A stretch of DNA of 64,000 nucleotides, from the IMG/VR virus record IMGVR_UViG_3300037422_000298; one strand, written 5' to 3'. Source of the stretch: a virus (taxonomy: Duplodnaviria; Caudoviricetes). This document shows positions 7,280-16,353 of the stretch, piece by piece (position 1 is the stretch's first letter; every line of letters begins with the position of its first letter). The position numbers were made by a program, and so were the translations under genes. Under the pieces are notes generated by a model, which was not told the DNA's origin, searched no databases, and saw only the letters and a program-made list of their open reading frames with translations.

Positions 7280-9810
7280 GGCAGTCAAGGTGCGGCGCTG
7301 CAGGGCTCGGCGTATCAGGGTCTGGCTCTGTAGGGTCCGGCAACGGTATGGTCGCGCACGGCAGTCCACGTACGGCACGGCGTTGTGTGTTTCGGCGTCG
7401 CAAGCTACGGCAGTCCAGGTCCGTTGCGGCTTCGTTCGTCGCGGCGCGGAAAGGTCGCGCTCGGCAGTCTCGGAATGTCAGTGCAGGTCTGGGTCAGGCC
7501 GCGTTTGGCCCGGCTGCGTTTGGCCCGTCAAGGTGCTGCAGGGCAGTCATGGTTCGGTGCTGCATCGCACTGCTTGGTGTCGTCGGGCTCGGTCCGACGC
7601 GTCGAGGTTAGGCAGTCTTGGTAGGGCTCGACGTGGTCCGTTCGCGCAAGGATCGTTCTGGCTTGGCGCGGTTTCGCAGTCTCGGTCGGGTGAGTCGCCG
7701 CTTGGTGCCGTTGGGCATCGCGCGGTCAGGCACGTCGAGGCAGTCATCGTTTGGTGAATCAGCGCTTGGTTCGTTGAGGCATCGTGCGGCATCGCAGTCA
7801 GGGAATCGCTGGGCAACGCTGGTCCAGGCAACGCACCGCTCGGCATCGCCGTCGAGGTTTGGCGCGTAATGGTTCGTCAAGGCTACGCATGTTTGGGTTG
7901 GGCCGTCTCGGCATGTTTGGATCCGGCTAGTCAGTGTACGGCTAGGCGCCGCGCGGTATGGAGAGGCAGTCAGGGTCTCGGCGCGGCAAGTCAGTGTACG
8001 GCTAGGCGCCGCGCGGTATGGAGAGGCAGTCAGGGTCTCGGCGCGGCAAGTCAGTGTACGGCTAGGCGCCGCGCGGTATGGAGAGGCAGTCAGGGTCTCG
8101 GCGCGGCAGTGCTGCGCCAGGTAGCGCATGTTCTGGCCGGGCTGTCAGGGTTTCGCATCGCATCGCAGTGCGCGATACGGCAACGTCCGTTTCGGCGGTG
8201 CGTGGTAGGGCAGTCTGGTTGCGGCAGCGTCTGTTCAGTCAAGGCATGTTGTCGTTCGGCAGTCAGGGCAAGTTCAGATCCGGCGTTGCTCGGCTCGGCG
8301 TGCGCCCGTTTCGTCACGGCCAGGTGCGGTTGGGCCGTCGTGTCGAGGCATCGCTACGTCCGTTCCGTCAGGGCGCGGCACGTCGGGGCCGTCCAGGTTC
8401 GGCGCGTCAGTGCTGGGTCCGACTTTGCGGGGCAGTGTCCGGCGGGGCATGACAGTCGAGGACAGGCTGGTCACGGTTGGTTACGGTCGTGCCTGGTTTG
8501 GCAGTCATGGTTTGGTTCGGTACCGCTGGTCTTAGTTGGTCATGCCCGGTCTCGACGTGGTTCGGCAGTCGCGTCTCGGTATCGGCAGTCTTGGTAGGTC
8601 AGCGTCGGTCTTGGCAGCGTTCGGTGTGATCGGGTTCGTTACGGCAGTCTGGGTCCGGCGAGGTTTGTCAACGCAGTGCACGGCAACGTACGTCTCGGTG
8701 GGGCAGTCAAGGCACCGCATCGCGGGTCTAGTTGCGTCTCGGTTCGTTTCATCTCGGCAAGGCATGGCCGTCTTGGCAAGGCATCGCCCGTTGCGGCGCC
8801 GTCCGGCCAGTTCTGGTTTGGTAGTGCGTCTTCATGGCAGTCGTGGCTTGTTCCGGCGCGGCCCGTTGTGGTGTTTCATTGCTTGGTAGGGCAGTCGCGG
8901 TTCGTTTCGGCAGCGCGCGTCTGCGTCCGGCATTTGCTCGGTTGGTCGCGGCAGCGGTATGGCCGTCGTGGTCCGTCGGCGTTTGTTCGGGCTAGTTATC
9001 GTCTCGCGCGGCTCGGCAGTTTCGTCTGGGATCGGTTCGGCCTGCTGGGGCAGCGCGTGGCATCGCATCGCATGGCCGTCTTGGTTTCGCACGTCAAGGC
9101 TCGACAGGTTCCGGCTAGGCGCCGTACGGTGCGGCCGTCTAGTCACGGTTGCGCTGGTCGCGGCAGTTTTCGGTTGGTCGCGGTAGTGCATCGTCCGGCA
9201 TCGGCGCGGCAGTCCCGTCGGGGCGTCGTCTCGCTTCGCAAGGCAAGGTCAGGCGAGGACTCGTTTGGCGAGGCAGTCATCGCCAGGTTCGTCGAGGCAG
9301 TGCGAGGCATGGATCGGTTCGGTGGAGTTCGGCGCGGCAGTCGCGGTAGCGCGGGGAAGTGCCCCGCTAGGCAAGGCGTCGCTCGGCGCGGTCAGGCAGT
9401 CCCGGCGCGTCACGCTTTGGCAGCGCTTGGCGGGGTACTGTGTGTCGAGGCAGGGCCGTCTGGGTTAGGTCCGGCGTGTCGCGGTTCGGTTCTTCACGCG
9501 AGGGTGCGGTACGGCATCGCAGTCTTGGATCGTCTCGGCATGGCCGGTTCCGGCAGAGCAGTTCACGGCTAGGTACGACGCGGCAGTCGGTCATGGTCAG
9601 GTGAGGATTGCATCGCAGTGCGCGGCGCCGCCGGGCGTGGCTGTCTTGGTCAGGCGAGGCTCGGTCTCGTGCGTCGCGGCGAGGTTTGGCAGTCTCGGCG
9701 CGGTGGCGTACGGCTCGACAAGGTTCGGCAAGGCCCTGCAGGGCAGTCATGGTTAGGTCCGTCGGGGCGTGATCCCGTGCGTCGCGGTCCGGCACGGCAG
9801 GCATGGCAAG
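7280..9810 (+). ncRNA. Array of ~42 putative guide-RNA units: GGCAGTC separator + NN + n x (GGY-like triplet + NN)
   Basis: Separators (GGCAGTC, GGCCGTC, CGCAGTC, GGCTGTC variants) at 7280, 7360, 7409, 7463, 7542, 7611 ... 9688, 9742; 31 of 41 spacings are 5n+4 (49/54/59/64/69/79); no credible protein in any frame. Confidence 0.85.
7929..8108 (+). repeat. Exact 60-bp tandem triplication inside the array
   Basis: AGTCAGTGTACGGCTAGG...GCGCGGCA x3. Confidence 0.97.
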
Positions 9811-9839
9811 TCGAGAGTGACTTGTGCTAGAGTTGATCG

Positions 9840-10379
9840 ATGGCGCGCGCAGCAACAAGGCAGTCTCGATCGCGGCAGCGATCTACGCATTGGACGTATC
9901 ACTTCAAGGCCGTCGAGGGCAGCCGGTACACCGATCAGGATGCACAGCGTATCGGTCCCGAGTTGACGCGTATCGCGCAACGCGATGGTGAAATTCGCCC
10001 ACAAGCCGTCGTCGACGAAGCACGCTCGCGGCGCTCGCCGTTTCACCGACATTTCCAATGGGACATCCAGAAGGCCGCCGAACAACACTGGCTCGACACT
10101 GCTGGACGGTTGATCCGCGCGATCAAGATCGAGGTCGTCAGCGGACCACAGCGTGCACCCAAGGAAGTCCGTGCGTTCGTCAAGATCGATCGCGCGACCG
10201 GTTATCGTCCGACCATTGAAGTGTTTCAGCGCGACGACTACCGCAACGCGGTGCTCTCGCGTGCACTCGAAGAGCTGGAAGTCTGGAAGAAGCGCTACGA
10301 GAACTTCGTCGACTTCAGCGAAATCTTCGGCGACGTCGCGCCGATCATTGTACAGGCTCAACAGCGGCTGCGAGCGTAG
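9840..10379 (+). CDS. Conserved phage protein, probable accessory of the RAMP/array locus
   Basis: IRPQAVVDEARSRRSPFHRHFQWDIQKAAEQHWLDTAGRLIRAI motif; immediately downstream of the array. Confidence 0.7.
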   Translation: MARAATRQSRSRQRSTHWTYHFKAVEGSRYTDQDAQRIGPELTRIAQRDGEIRPQAVVDEARSRRSPFHRHFQWDIQKAAEQHWLDTAGRLIRAIKIEVVSGPQRAPKEVRAFVKIDRATGYRPTIEVFQRDDYRNAVLSRALEELEVWKKRYENFVDFSEIFGDVAPIIVQAQQRLRA

Positions 10380-10382
10380 CCA

Positions 10383-12150
10383 GTGGAGCCGCGGAGCGGC
10401 CGTTGGCGTCTCGCGTTGCAGAGTGAGCTGTGCGAGTGTTTCGACTGTGCGAGTCCGACGTGTGACGAGCGCTTGTGGATCGCGTACAGCGTGCTCGATC
10501 GTTTCATCTGCGCGTTGTGCGGCCATCAGGCGAGCGATCGACGTACGAACATCACGGCGTGCAAACGCCGTTGTGGGTACGTGTTCCAAGAAGATCTTCC
10601 GCGCGCTACGGTGGTCCAGCGATGAGCGTTTCCAAGTGTCCACACGGCATCTTCACGCACAGCATCTCGAACCGCTGCCCGATTTGCTTCGGCGTCGACG
10701 CGTACAACAGCGACGCGATTCCGATCGTCGGCCACGGCAACGGTTGGTTGCTGCACAAAGGCGACTTGGTCTGTCCTGAGTGTGGCGGTCCGCGTACGGC
10801 AGGCTGGGGTGCGTACGACAACAGCAAGCGCAGTACGCCACCCGACCCGAAGAATCCGAACGACTGGCCGACGACGTGTTACGCCTGCACGAGCGGCAAT
10901 TCGAAGGCTGCGATCTTGAAACGTACTGCGCACGAAGCTCAGCGCGGCGTTCGCAAGACACCCGGAGCAAAGTGATGGGACGTCGAACCTACGAAGCCAA
11001 GATGATGATCGTCACGCCCGACATGGACACCGGGATGATCGTCTTCGCTAACGAACACGTGCACCGTGACATCGACGAGCTGGGCTCGCGCATGCTGGAA
11101 GACATCCTCGGCAAGCAGCAGCCACCCGATGCAGGCGTCTGGATCTGGGAAGGCAAGCAGGTTTGGTCATCAGGCTACCGCGGTCCTGACGGTGACTACG
11201 ATACCGACGTCGACTACCGCGACGGCACGTGGCGTCGTCCTACGGAGACCGAGATCGCACAGCTCGTCCGCGGCGAATCACCGTGGCCGAGGCCGCCAGC
11301 GGAGGACGCTGATGACTGAAGCAGAACGCGATCTGTTGATGATGGCCAACTACTACGAACCGGACCTCCCTCAAGCGTTGGCCAAAGCGATGGCGAGTGT
11401 CGACGTAGATCAGTTGCGAGCCCTCGCGCTCAAGTACATCAACGCGACCAAGGTGCTCGTCGACGGTGTAGACACCGTGCTGAGGCCGCGATCGTGAAGA
11501 CGTACCGCGCGATGCGCGTCACCCGAGCACCGATCTCGCCACCACTCTGCGCACAACACTTCAAAGAGACCGACGATGTGCTTCTCAAGGCGGATGACGT
11601 TGAAGTCGAAGAGCTAGACGATCCCTACTGCATCATGTGTCAGACAGCTGCTGCGCCCGACCGCACGTGCGGGAGCTGTGGCAAACCGCTCCACCCAAAC
11701 TGGCATGCGGTGTATTGCTCGAACGAGTGCGCGATCGCTGACTTGTGATAAGGTCCGCGGCTCGCATGAGCCCGGGATCTACAGTCGCAGCAGCGATCGA
11801 CGCAGATTGCGAAGCCTTGGAGCTTCTCGCCGTCGAGGTCCAGCTCAACGGCGCGACATCGCTCGCTAGCCAAGAGCTACTTGTGATACTGTCGGCGCAT
11901 GCTCGCCGCCGTGGAATTGCCCGAGAAACTCTGTGTGGTCCGCTGGACCGGACGTGTACGGCTGCACGTGGAAGTGCTGACCGTCTGCGGTATGAAGATG
12001 GACGCTGCTGATGGTGTCGTGCAGGTCCCAGACTTCATCTTCGACGGCCGACCTGTACTCAGCATCAGCGACTTCGGTGGCAAGGGACGTCGCCCGCTCA
12101 AAATCTGCGACGACTGCAAGAACGCAGTCGTCGCAGCGATCAAGGGCTAG
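10383..12150 (+). CDS. Run of small hypothetical/Zn-finger genes (10383-10625, 10622-10975, 10975-11319, 11312-11497, 11494-11748, 11899-12150)
   Basis: Coupled ORFs with CxxC motifs. Confidence 0.5.
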
Positions 12151-12596
12151 AAGCGCCGAGCGCGACTGATCCCGAAGCCGATCGCGGCGATCCCTACAGC
12201 GATCGCGACGCCGATTCCGATCTTGGTTCCGGTCGACAGTCCCGCCTGTCCGCTCGTCACCCCCGCGCTCGTGTTGTTGACGTCCGCGACTACAGGAATG
12301 ATCTTGTCGGCAGCGCCACCCTGTTGAACAGCGAGTAGCCCGACTTCGGTGCGATCGTCAGCCGTCGCGATCGACTGTAAGAGCGTTCGAACGTCTTCGT
12401 TCGATGTCCCGTTGGCCGCTTTCGCGATGCGGTCCGCGAGCTGCGTCTTCTCGTCTTCCGTGAGGCCAAATAGATCAATGCCGCGCACACCGTTCACGCG
12501 GAATCGCGGATCGACTGGCGGCAGGATGTTCTCGACGTAGAACGGGACCACGGCGTACGGCCACGGATACGGTGCGCGAGGTTCGAGTGCGATCAT
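12147..12596 (-). CDS. Membrane-anchored virion protein, paralog of 15254-15862
   Basis: FGLTEDEKTQLADRIAKAAN shared with FGALTEDDKNKLAEQVKNAAN; C-terminal TM + RARRF. Confidence 0.7.
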   Translation of the reverse strand: MIALEPRAPYPWPYAVVPFYVENILPPVDPRFRVNGVRGIDLFGLTEDEKTQLADRIAKAANGTSNEDVRTLLQSIATADDRTEVGLLAVQQGGAADKIIPVVADVNNTSAGVTSGQAGLSTGTKIGIGVAIAVGIAAIGFGISRARRF

Positions 12597-13603
12597 ACTG
12601 CGAGCCTTTCTCGTCGCACGTAGCGACGGCCGAATGCACTTGGATCTGGTTTCACCCACGGTGGTGGCGGTTCGTCCATGTAACGCAGGTGCATCTTGGC
12701 CGCCTTATAGGCGAGGTAGATGTCCTCTTCGGAATACCCCTCGTCGACCAGCTGATCGTGGATCTCTTTCTTGGGCACCTCATACGAGAGCGCTTGGGCG
12801 ATGCGGTTGATCAGTCGCTCGTCGACGATGCCGAGACCTCGGCGCTTTCCGAACGGTGCTTGTGCGGCGCGCCTCGCAGCACGCAGCACCAACCAGCTGA
12901 GTCCGACGAGGCCAACGACGGCAACGACGCCGATCGCGATCTTGGCGCCTGCTGACGTATCGGTCGTCAACGCATCTGGCGGCGTGGTCAGCGCGACGGC
13001 TAGCTGCTTGCCTGCGATCACGGCGCCGGGCTGCGTGAAGTGTACGCCATCGCTAGCGCGCCCCGCGACCGCGGTCAACGGTCGTGCATCGATCGTGCGA
13101 TCGGCGCCGAAGACCGTACGCAACGCGTCCAACATGATCGGCGCGCCTTGCGTGTAGCGGGCGTCTTGGTACGTCGGCGGTCCGATCGCGAAGATTTCGA
13201 CGTTACCGAGCTTGTCGCGGTACGCCTGTTTGATGCGCGTCAAGTCTTGAATCGTCCGTGCGATCGCCGCCGACGACACGCCGTTGTCGATGTCGTTGGT
13301 GGCCAACATGATCACGATCTTGGTCGGCCGAAACGCGACATCGTTGGCGATCAAGTTGCTGGCGTCTTCGTTGATGAAAAAGCTGCGAGCCGATCGTCCG
13401 ACACGTGCGTCGATGCGTACAGCTTGCGCCTGTAGATCTTCGAGCAGGTGTGCTGCCATCACCGCGCCCGGCGCCGATGACAACGCGGGCGCGGTACCAC
13501 TCCGGTCGCCCGCGCGAACATCGATGATCGTGGGGCCTGCATCGGGACCTGAGTGCGAGAGGCTGTCACCGAAGATCAAGATGCGTTCGCCTGCGACGTT
13601 CAC
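12593..13603 (-). CDS. SGNH/GDSL esterase with C-terminal TM anchor
   Basis: ILIFGDSLS block I, VGRS block II, LATND block III, SDGVHF block V; TM segment. Confidence 0.85.
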   Translation of the reverse strand: MNVAGERILIFGDSLSHSGPDAGPTIIDVRAGDRSGTAPALSSAPGAVMAAHLLEDLQAQAVRIDARVGRSARSFFINEDASNLIANDVAFRPTKIVIMLATNDIDNGVSSAAIARTIQDLTRIKQAYRDKLGNVEIFAIGPPTYQDARYTQGAPIMLDALRTVFGADRTIDARPLTAVAGRASDGVHFTQPGAVIAGKQLAVALTTPPDALTTDTSAGAKIAIGVVAVVGLVGLSWLVLRAARRAAQAPFGKRRGLGIVDERLINRIAQALSYEVPKKEIHDQLVDEGYSEEDIYLAYKAAKMHLRYMDEPPPPWVKPDPSAFGRRYVRRERLAV

Positions 13604-14550
13604 TCGTCGCTCCAGTCGCCGTCATCCCAGTCACGCCCGAGGAAACGCCCTGGGTGGCGTTTGGCGACGCGCTTGGAGACCTGCCAGGCGCCGAATGCGA
13701 GTCCGAGCAAGCTGCCGACGAGCAGCGTACCGACCAGGAACTGTTTGCCGGAGCTGGTCGGCGGCGCGCCTGGTGTGCCGCAGATCGGCAGGTTCGCGGG
13801 CCACACCGGGCGCATACTCGCGGCGACGATGCTGCCTTCGTAGACGGGATTGCCGAAGAACGTACGAGCACGCTCGATCAGTTGCTTGCCTTCGAACGAC
13901 TCAGGTTTGAAACCGAACGTGCGAAACTGCGTCGTCTTCCAGTGATCGACGCCGGGAATCGGCCCGACCCAATACTTGCCGTTCTTCGCTTCGCTCAGGA
14001 TGCGGTTCATCGGAACGGGGAAAAATTTCTTGAATTCGAGACCGTCCTGATCGTCGGCGCCGTGGTTGATGTTCTCGCTCTTGCCGCTGATCACGAGGTC
14101 CGCGAGCAGCGCAGACAGGATGCTCGGGTCGCGGCTAGTGGCCGCAAAACGACCGGTATTGCGCCCGCCAGGTACGTTGATCTCGCCGTACAGTTTCGTC
14201 GGCTGCGTGAACAGAAGCAGCCCGTTGACGTCTTGCTTGCGCCGCTTGGCTTGGTTGACCGCAACCTCGCCGACAGCGACGCGTTCTTCAGCGGTACCAC
14301 TGCCGACTTCGCTGTGGATGTAGCGCGCGAGCGTGTACATGTTCAGGTCGAGTGCTTTGCCCTTCGGCCAGAACGTCGACGCTTGCAGTTGTTTCTCGGC
14401 GCTCGCGCGCATGGTCTCGGGCGCGCATCGAATCTCGCCGGTTTCATCCGGTTTGCAGCCCGACGTCAGAATCGTCTTGTCGGCAGGGCCGCCGACCATC
14501 GGCGCGAACGTCGGGTGCCACGACGCATAGCAGTCAGGCGTTGCGGCCAT
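13600..14550 (-). CDS. SleB/Hydrolase_2-like cell-wall hydrolase with C-terminal TM anchor
   Basis: YTLARYIHSEVGSGTAEERVAVGEVAVN; TM + basic tail. Confidence 0.6.
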   Translation of the reverse strand: MAATPDCYASWHPTFAPMVGGPADKTILTSGCKPDETGEIRCAPETMRASAEKQLQASTFWPKGKALDLNMYTLARYIHSEVGSGTAEERVAVGEVAVNQAKRRKQDVNGLLLFTQPTKLYGEINVPGGRNTGRFAATSRDPSILSALLADLVISGKSENINHGADDQDGLEFKKFFPVPMNRILSEAKNGKYWVGPIPGVDHWKTTQFRTFGFKPESFEGKQLIERARTFFGNPVYEGSIVAASMRPVWPANLPICGTPGAPPTSSGKQFLVGTLLVGSLLGLAFGAWQVSKRVAKRHPGRFLGRDWDDGDWSDE

Positions 14551-15250
14551 GTCTCACCCTCCGATGATGCTCGCGACGTCCGAGAGCGACTGCGGCGCGC
14601 TTCGCAAGAACCCACGCGAGCCAGCTGAGTCCGGCGAGACCTCCGACGGCGACCGTACCGATCACGATGTTGCGACCGGTCTTGCTTTCGGGCTGCGGCA
14701 CCGTCGCGAGTGGTTGCGGACGATCGCGGAACAGTGGAATACCCAGCTCGCGTGCGGTCGCGACGACTGTTGACGCATAGTTGTCGACAGGTAGCCATGG
14801 CTCGCTGGGAATGCCCGTCCCGAAGCCGAAATCGTTCGAGAAGCCTGTCGATGGTTTCCCGACGGTCTCGGTGATCGCCGGGATCAACGCCGCGGGCACG
14901 CTCAGATCGAAGTGCAGGTGCGGGCCTTCGGACAGGCCCGTGTTGCCAGACACGCCGATCTGTTGTCCCTTCGTCACGCGTTGTCCGCGCGTGACGAGCG
15001 CGCGAGATAGGTGGAGGTAGCGCGAGACGACACTGTCGTCGTGCGTCAACGCGACAAAGATTCCCGCGTCGCTTGTACCCGTCGGGTCGACGTTCCTGAC
15101 CGTACCGTTGGCGACGGCCAAGATCGGCGTGCCGACCGCGAGTGGAATGTCGAGTGCTGGATGGATTCCCGTCGAACGCATGCGCCACCCATCACCAATC
15201 GTCACGTTGACGTTGGTGGGCGCAACACGGCCGAGCGCGAGGTCGATCAT
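14534..15250 (-). CDS. M23-family metallo-endopeptidase with C-terminal TM anchor
   Basis: HPALDIPLAVGTPILAVANGTV, YLHL, GNTGLSEGPHLHF. Confidence 0.92.
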   Translation of the reverse strand: MIDLALGRVAPTNVNVTIGDGWRMRSTGIHPALDIPLAVGTPILAVANGTVRNVDPTGTSDAGIFVALTHDDSVVSRYLHLSRALVTRGQRVTKGQQIGVSGNTGLSEGPHLHFDLSVPAALIPAITETVGKPSTGFSNDFGFGTGIPSEPWLPVDNYASTVVATARELGIPLFRDRPQPLATVPQPESKTGRNIVIGTVAVGGLAGLSWLAWVLAKRAAVALGRREHHRRVRHGRNA

Positions 15251-15253
15251 GTA

Positions 15254-15862
15254 CTATCCTCGACGACGGTAACGCTTGGAGGTTGACGTGCGCCGACGGC
15301 GACGACCGAAGCCACCACGTTTGGGCTTCGCGAAGCCCTGCGCGAGCGCGATCGTCGGTGTGATGATAGGGAACAAGGCGCCCATCAACCCCCACCAGAT
15401 CGCCCAGCCAACGCTGTCGTTGCGCTTGTAGCCGTGATAGACGCTTGCCGCGAACGAGGCCGTGCTCGCGATACCCCATGCAATGCGAAACGGTGTCGGC
15501 AGCGGCTTGAAGAGCGTCTTGATTTGCGCATCACTCTGGATGTTTTGCAGGGCGGTGTTGATGCGTGTCGCGTCGCCGCCGAGCGCGATTGCTTTCACGG
15601 CGACGTCTGAGCGTTCTTGCGCGTCGGTGATCACCGCGAGGATGGGTTGGACATCGGCGCCGCTGTTGGCGGCGTTCTTGACCTGCTCCGCGAGCTTGTT
15701 TTTATCGTCTTCGGTCAGTGCACCGAACGCGCCGAAGCCGGGGATGTTGAACGGCACGTGCTGCACGAACCCGCCACCGCCTTCGACGATCGCGACGTCG
15801 TGAGGGCGCACCGGGTAGATGGTCTCGTCGCCGAGCGCAGAAGTGGCAAGTGCAGCTAGCAT
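15254..15862 (-). CDS. Membrane protein (2 TM) with Arg-rich tail
   Basis: YHGYKRNDSVGWAIWWGLMG; GFG RRRRR tail. Confidence 0.7.
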   Translation of the reverse strand: MLAALATSALGDETIYPVRPHDVAIVEGGGGFVQHVPFNIPGFGAFGALTEDDKNKLAEQVKNAANSGADVQPILAVITDAQERSDVAVKAIALGGDATRINTALQNIQSDAQIKTLFKPLPTPFRIAWGIASTASFAASVYHGYKRNDSVGWAIWWGLMGALFPIITPTIALAQGFAKPKRGGFGRRRRRTSTSKRYRRRG

Positions 15863-15939
15863 TTGCAGATCCTACACCGAAACAGCCGCTTGATCGCGCG
15901 AGCGATCGCGTTGTAGCGTCCGCCAAAACGGGGGAATCG

Positions 15940-16182
15940 ATGGCCAAATTCAAACCGACCGACGATCCGGTCTGGGGCTACTACGGCAAGCATCCTGCGC
16001 AGGCACGCTCGCAAGAGGAATTCACCGCGCTCGCTCGCGCGACGAAGCTGCGGACGCTGTTCGACATGTCCGAGCGCGAGATCCGCGCGCTGGAGCAGTT
16101 CTACGGCTGTCGCATCGTGCGGCCGGATCGCCCGAAGCGTGCCCGGCGATCGACTGGCGGCGCCGCCGCCGCGAGAGCTTGA
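15940..16182 (+). CDS. Hypothetical protein
   Basis: GGGGA RBS; divergent from 15862. Confidence 0.55.
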   Translation: MAKFKPTDDPVWGYYGKHPAQARSQEEFTALARATKLRTLFDMSEREIRALEQFYGCRIVRPDRPKRARRSTGGAAAARA

Positions 16183-16353
16183 TCCCGGCCGGGATCTGCG
16201 GCTGACCGGGTCTAAATACCCGGAAATCCGCCCGAATCTGCCTTATAGAATCAGCTACTTACGAGTTTACTCTCGCTTTGCTGAATAATGGTGGCTTCCT
16301 GCGCGTCGTACCTGGCACAATTGCCAAGTAGCTCTCGCTAAGGAAAACACCCC

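Noticed and set aside
7280-9810. Canonical CRISPR array
   Set aside because: The constant part is only 7 nt, the intervening sequence is itself 5-nt periodic, and I found no cas1/cas2/cas3/cas6 in the window.
7280-9810. Linker triplet base pairing with the skipped wobble base
   Set aside because: Tested on units 8836 and 9454: neither the first nor the last linker base consistently predicts the required third codon base.
7280-9810. Self-targeting of genes in this window
   Set aside because: None of the decoded peptides matched the proteins here by eye; this was not an exhaustive search.
7237-9858. Long ORFs across the array (e.g. 7869-8597, 8676-9572)
   Set aside because: They are R/G/S/V/A-rich translations of a stop-poor period-5 repeat, present in several frames with no RBS or codon bias.
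16249-16330. Sigma54 promoter or IHF site upstream of 16354
   Set aside because: TGGCAC is not followed by TTGC at the required spacing. The IHF-like AATCAGCTACTTA is a single short match and too weak to call.
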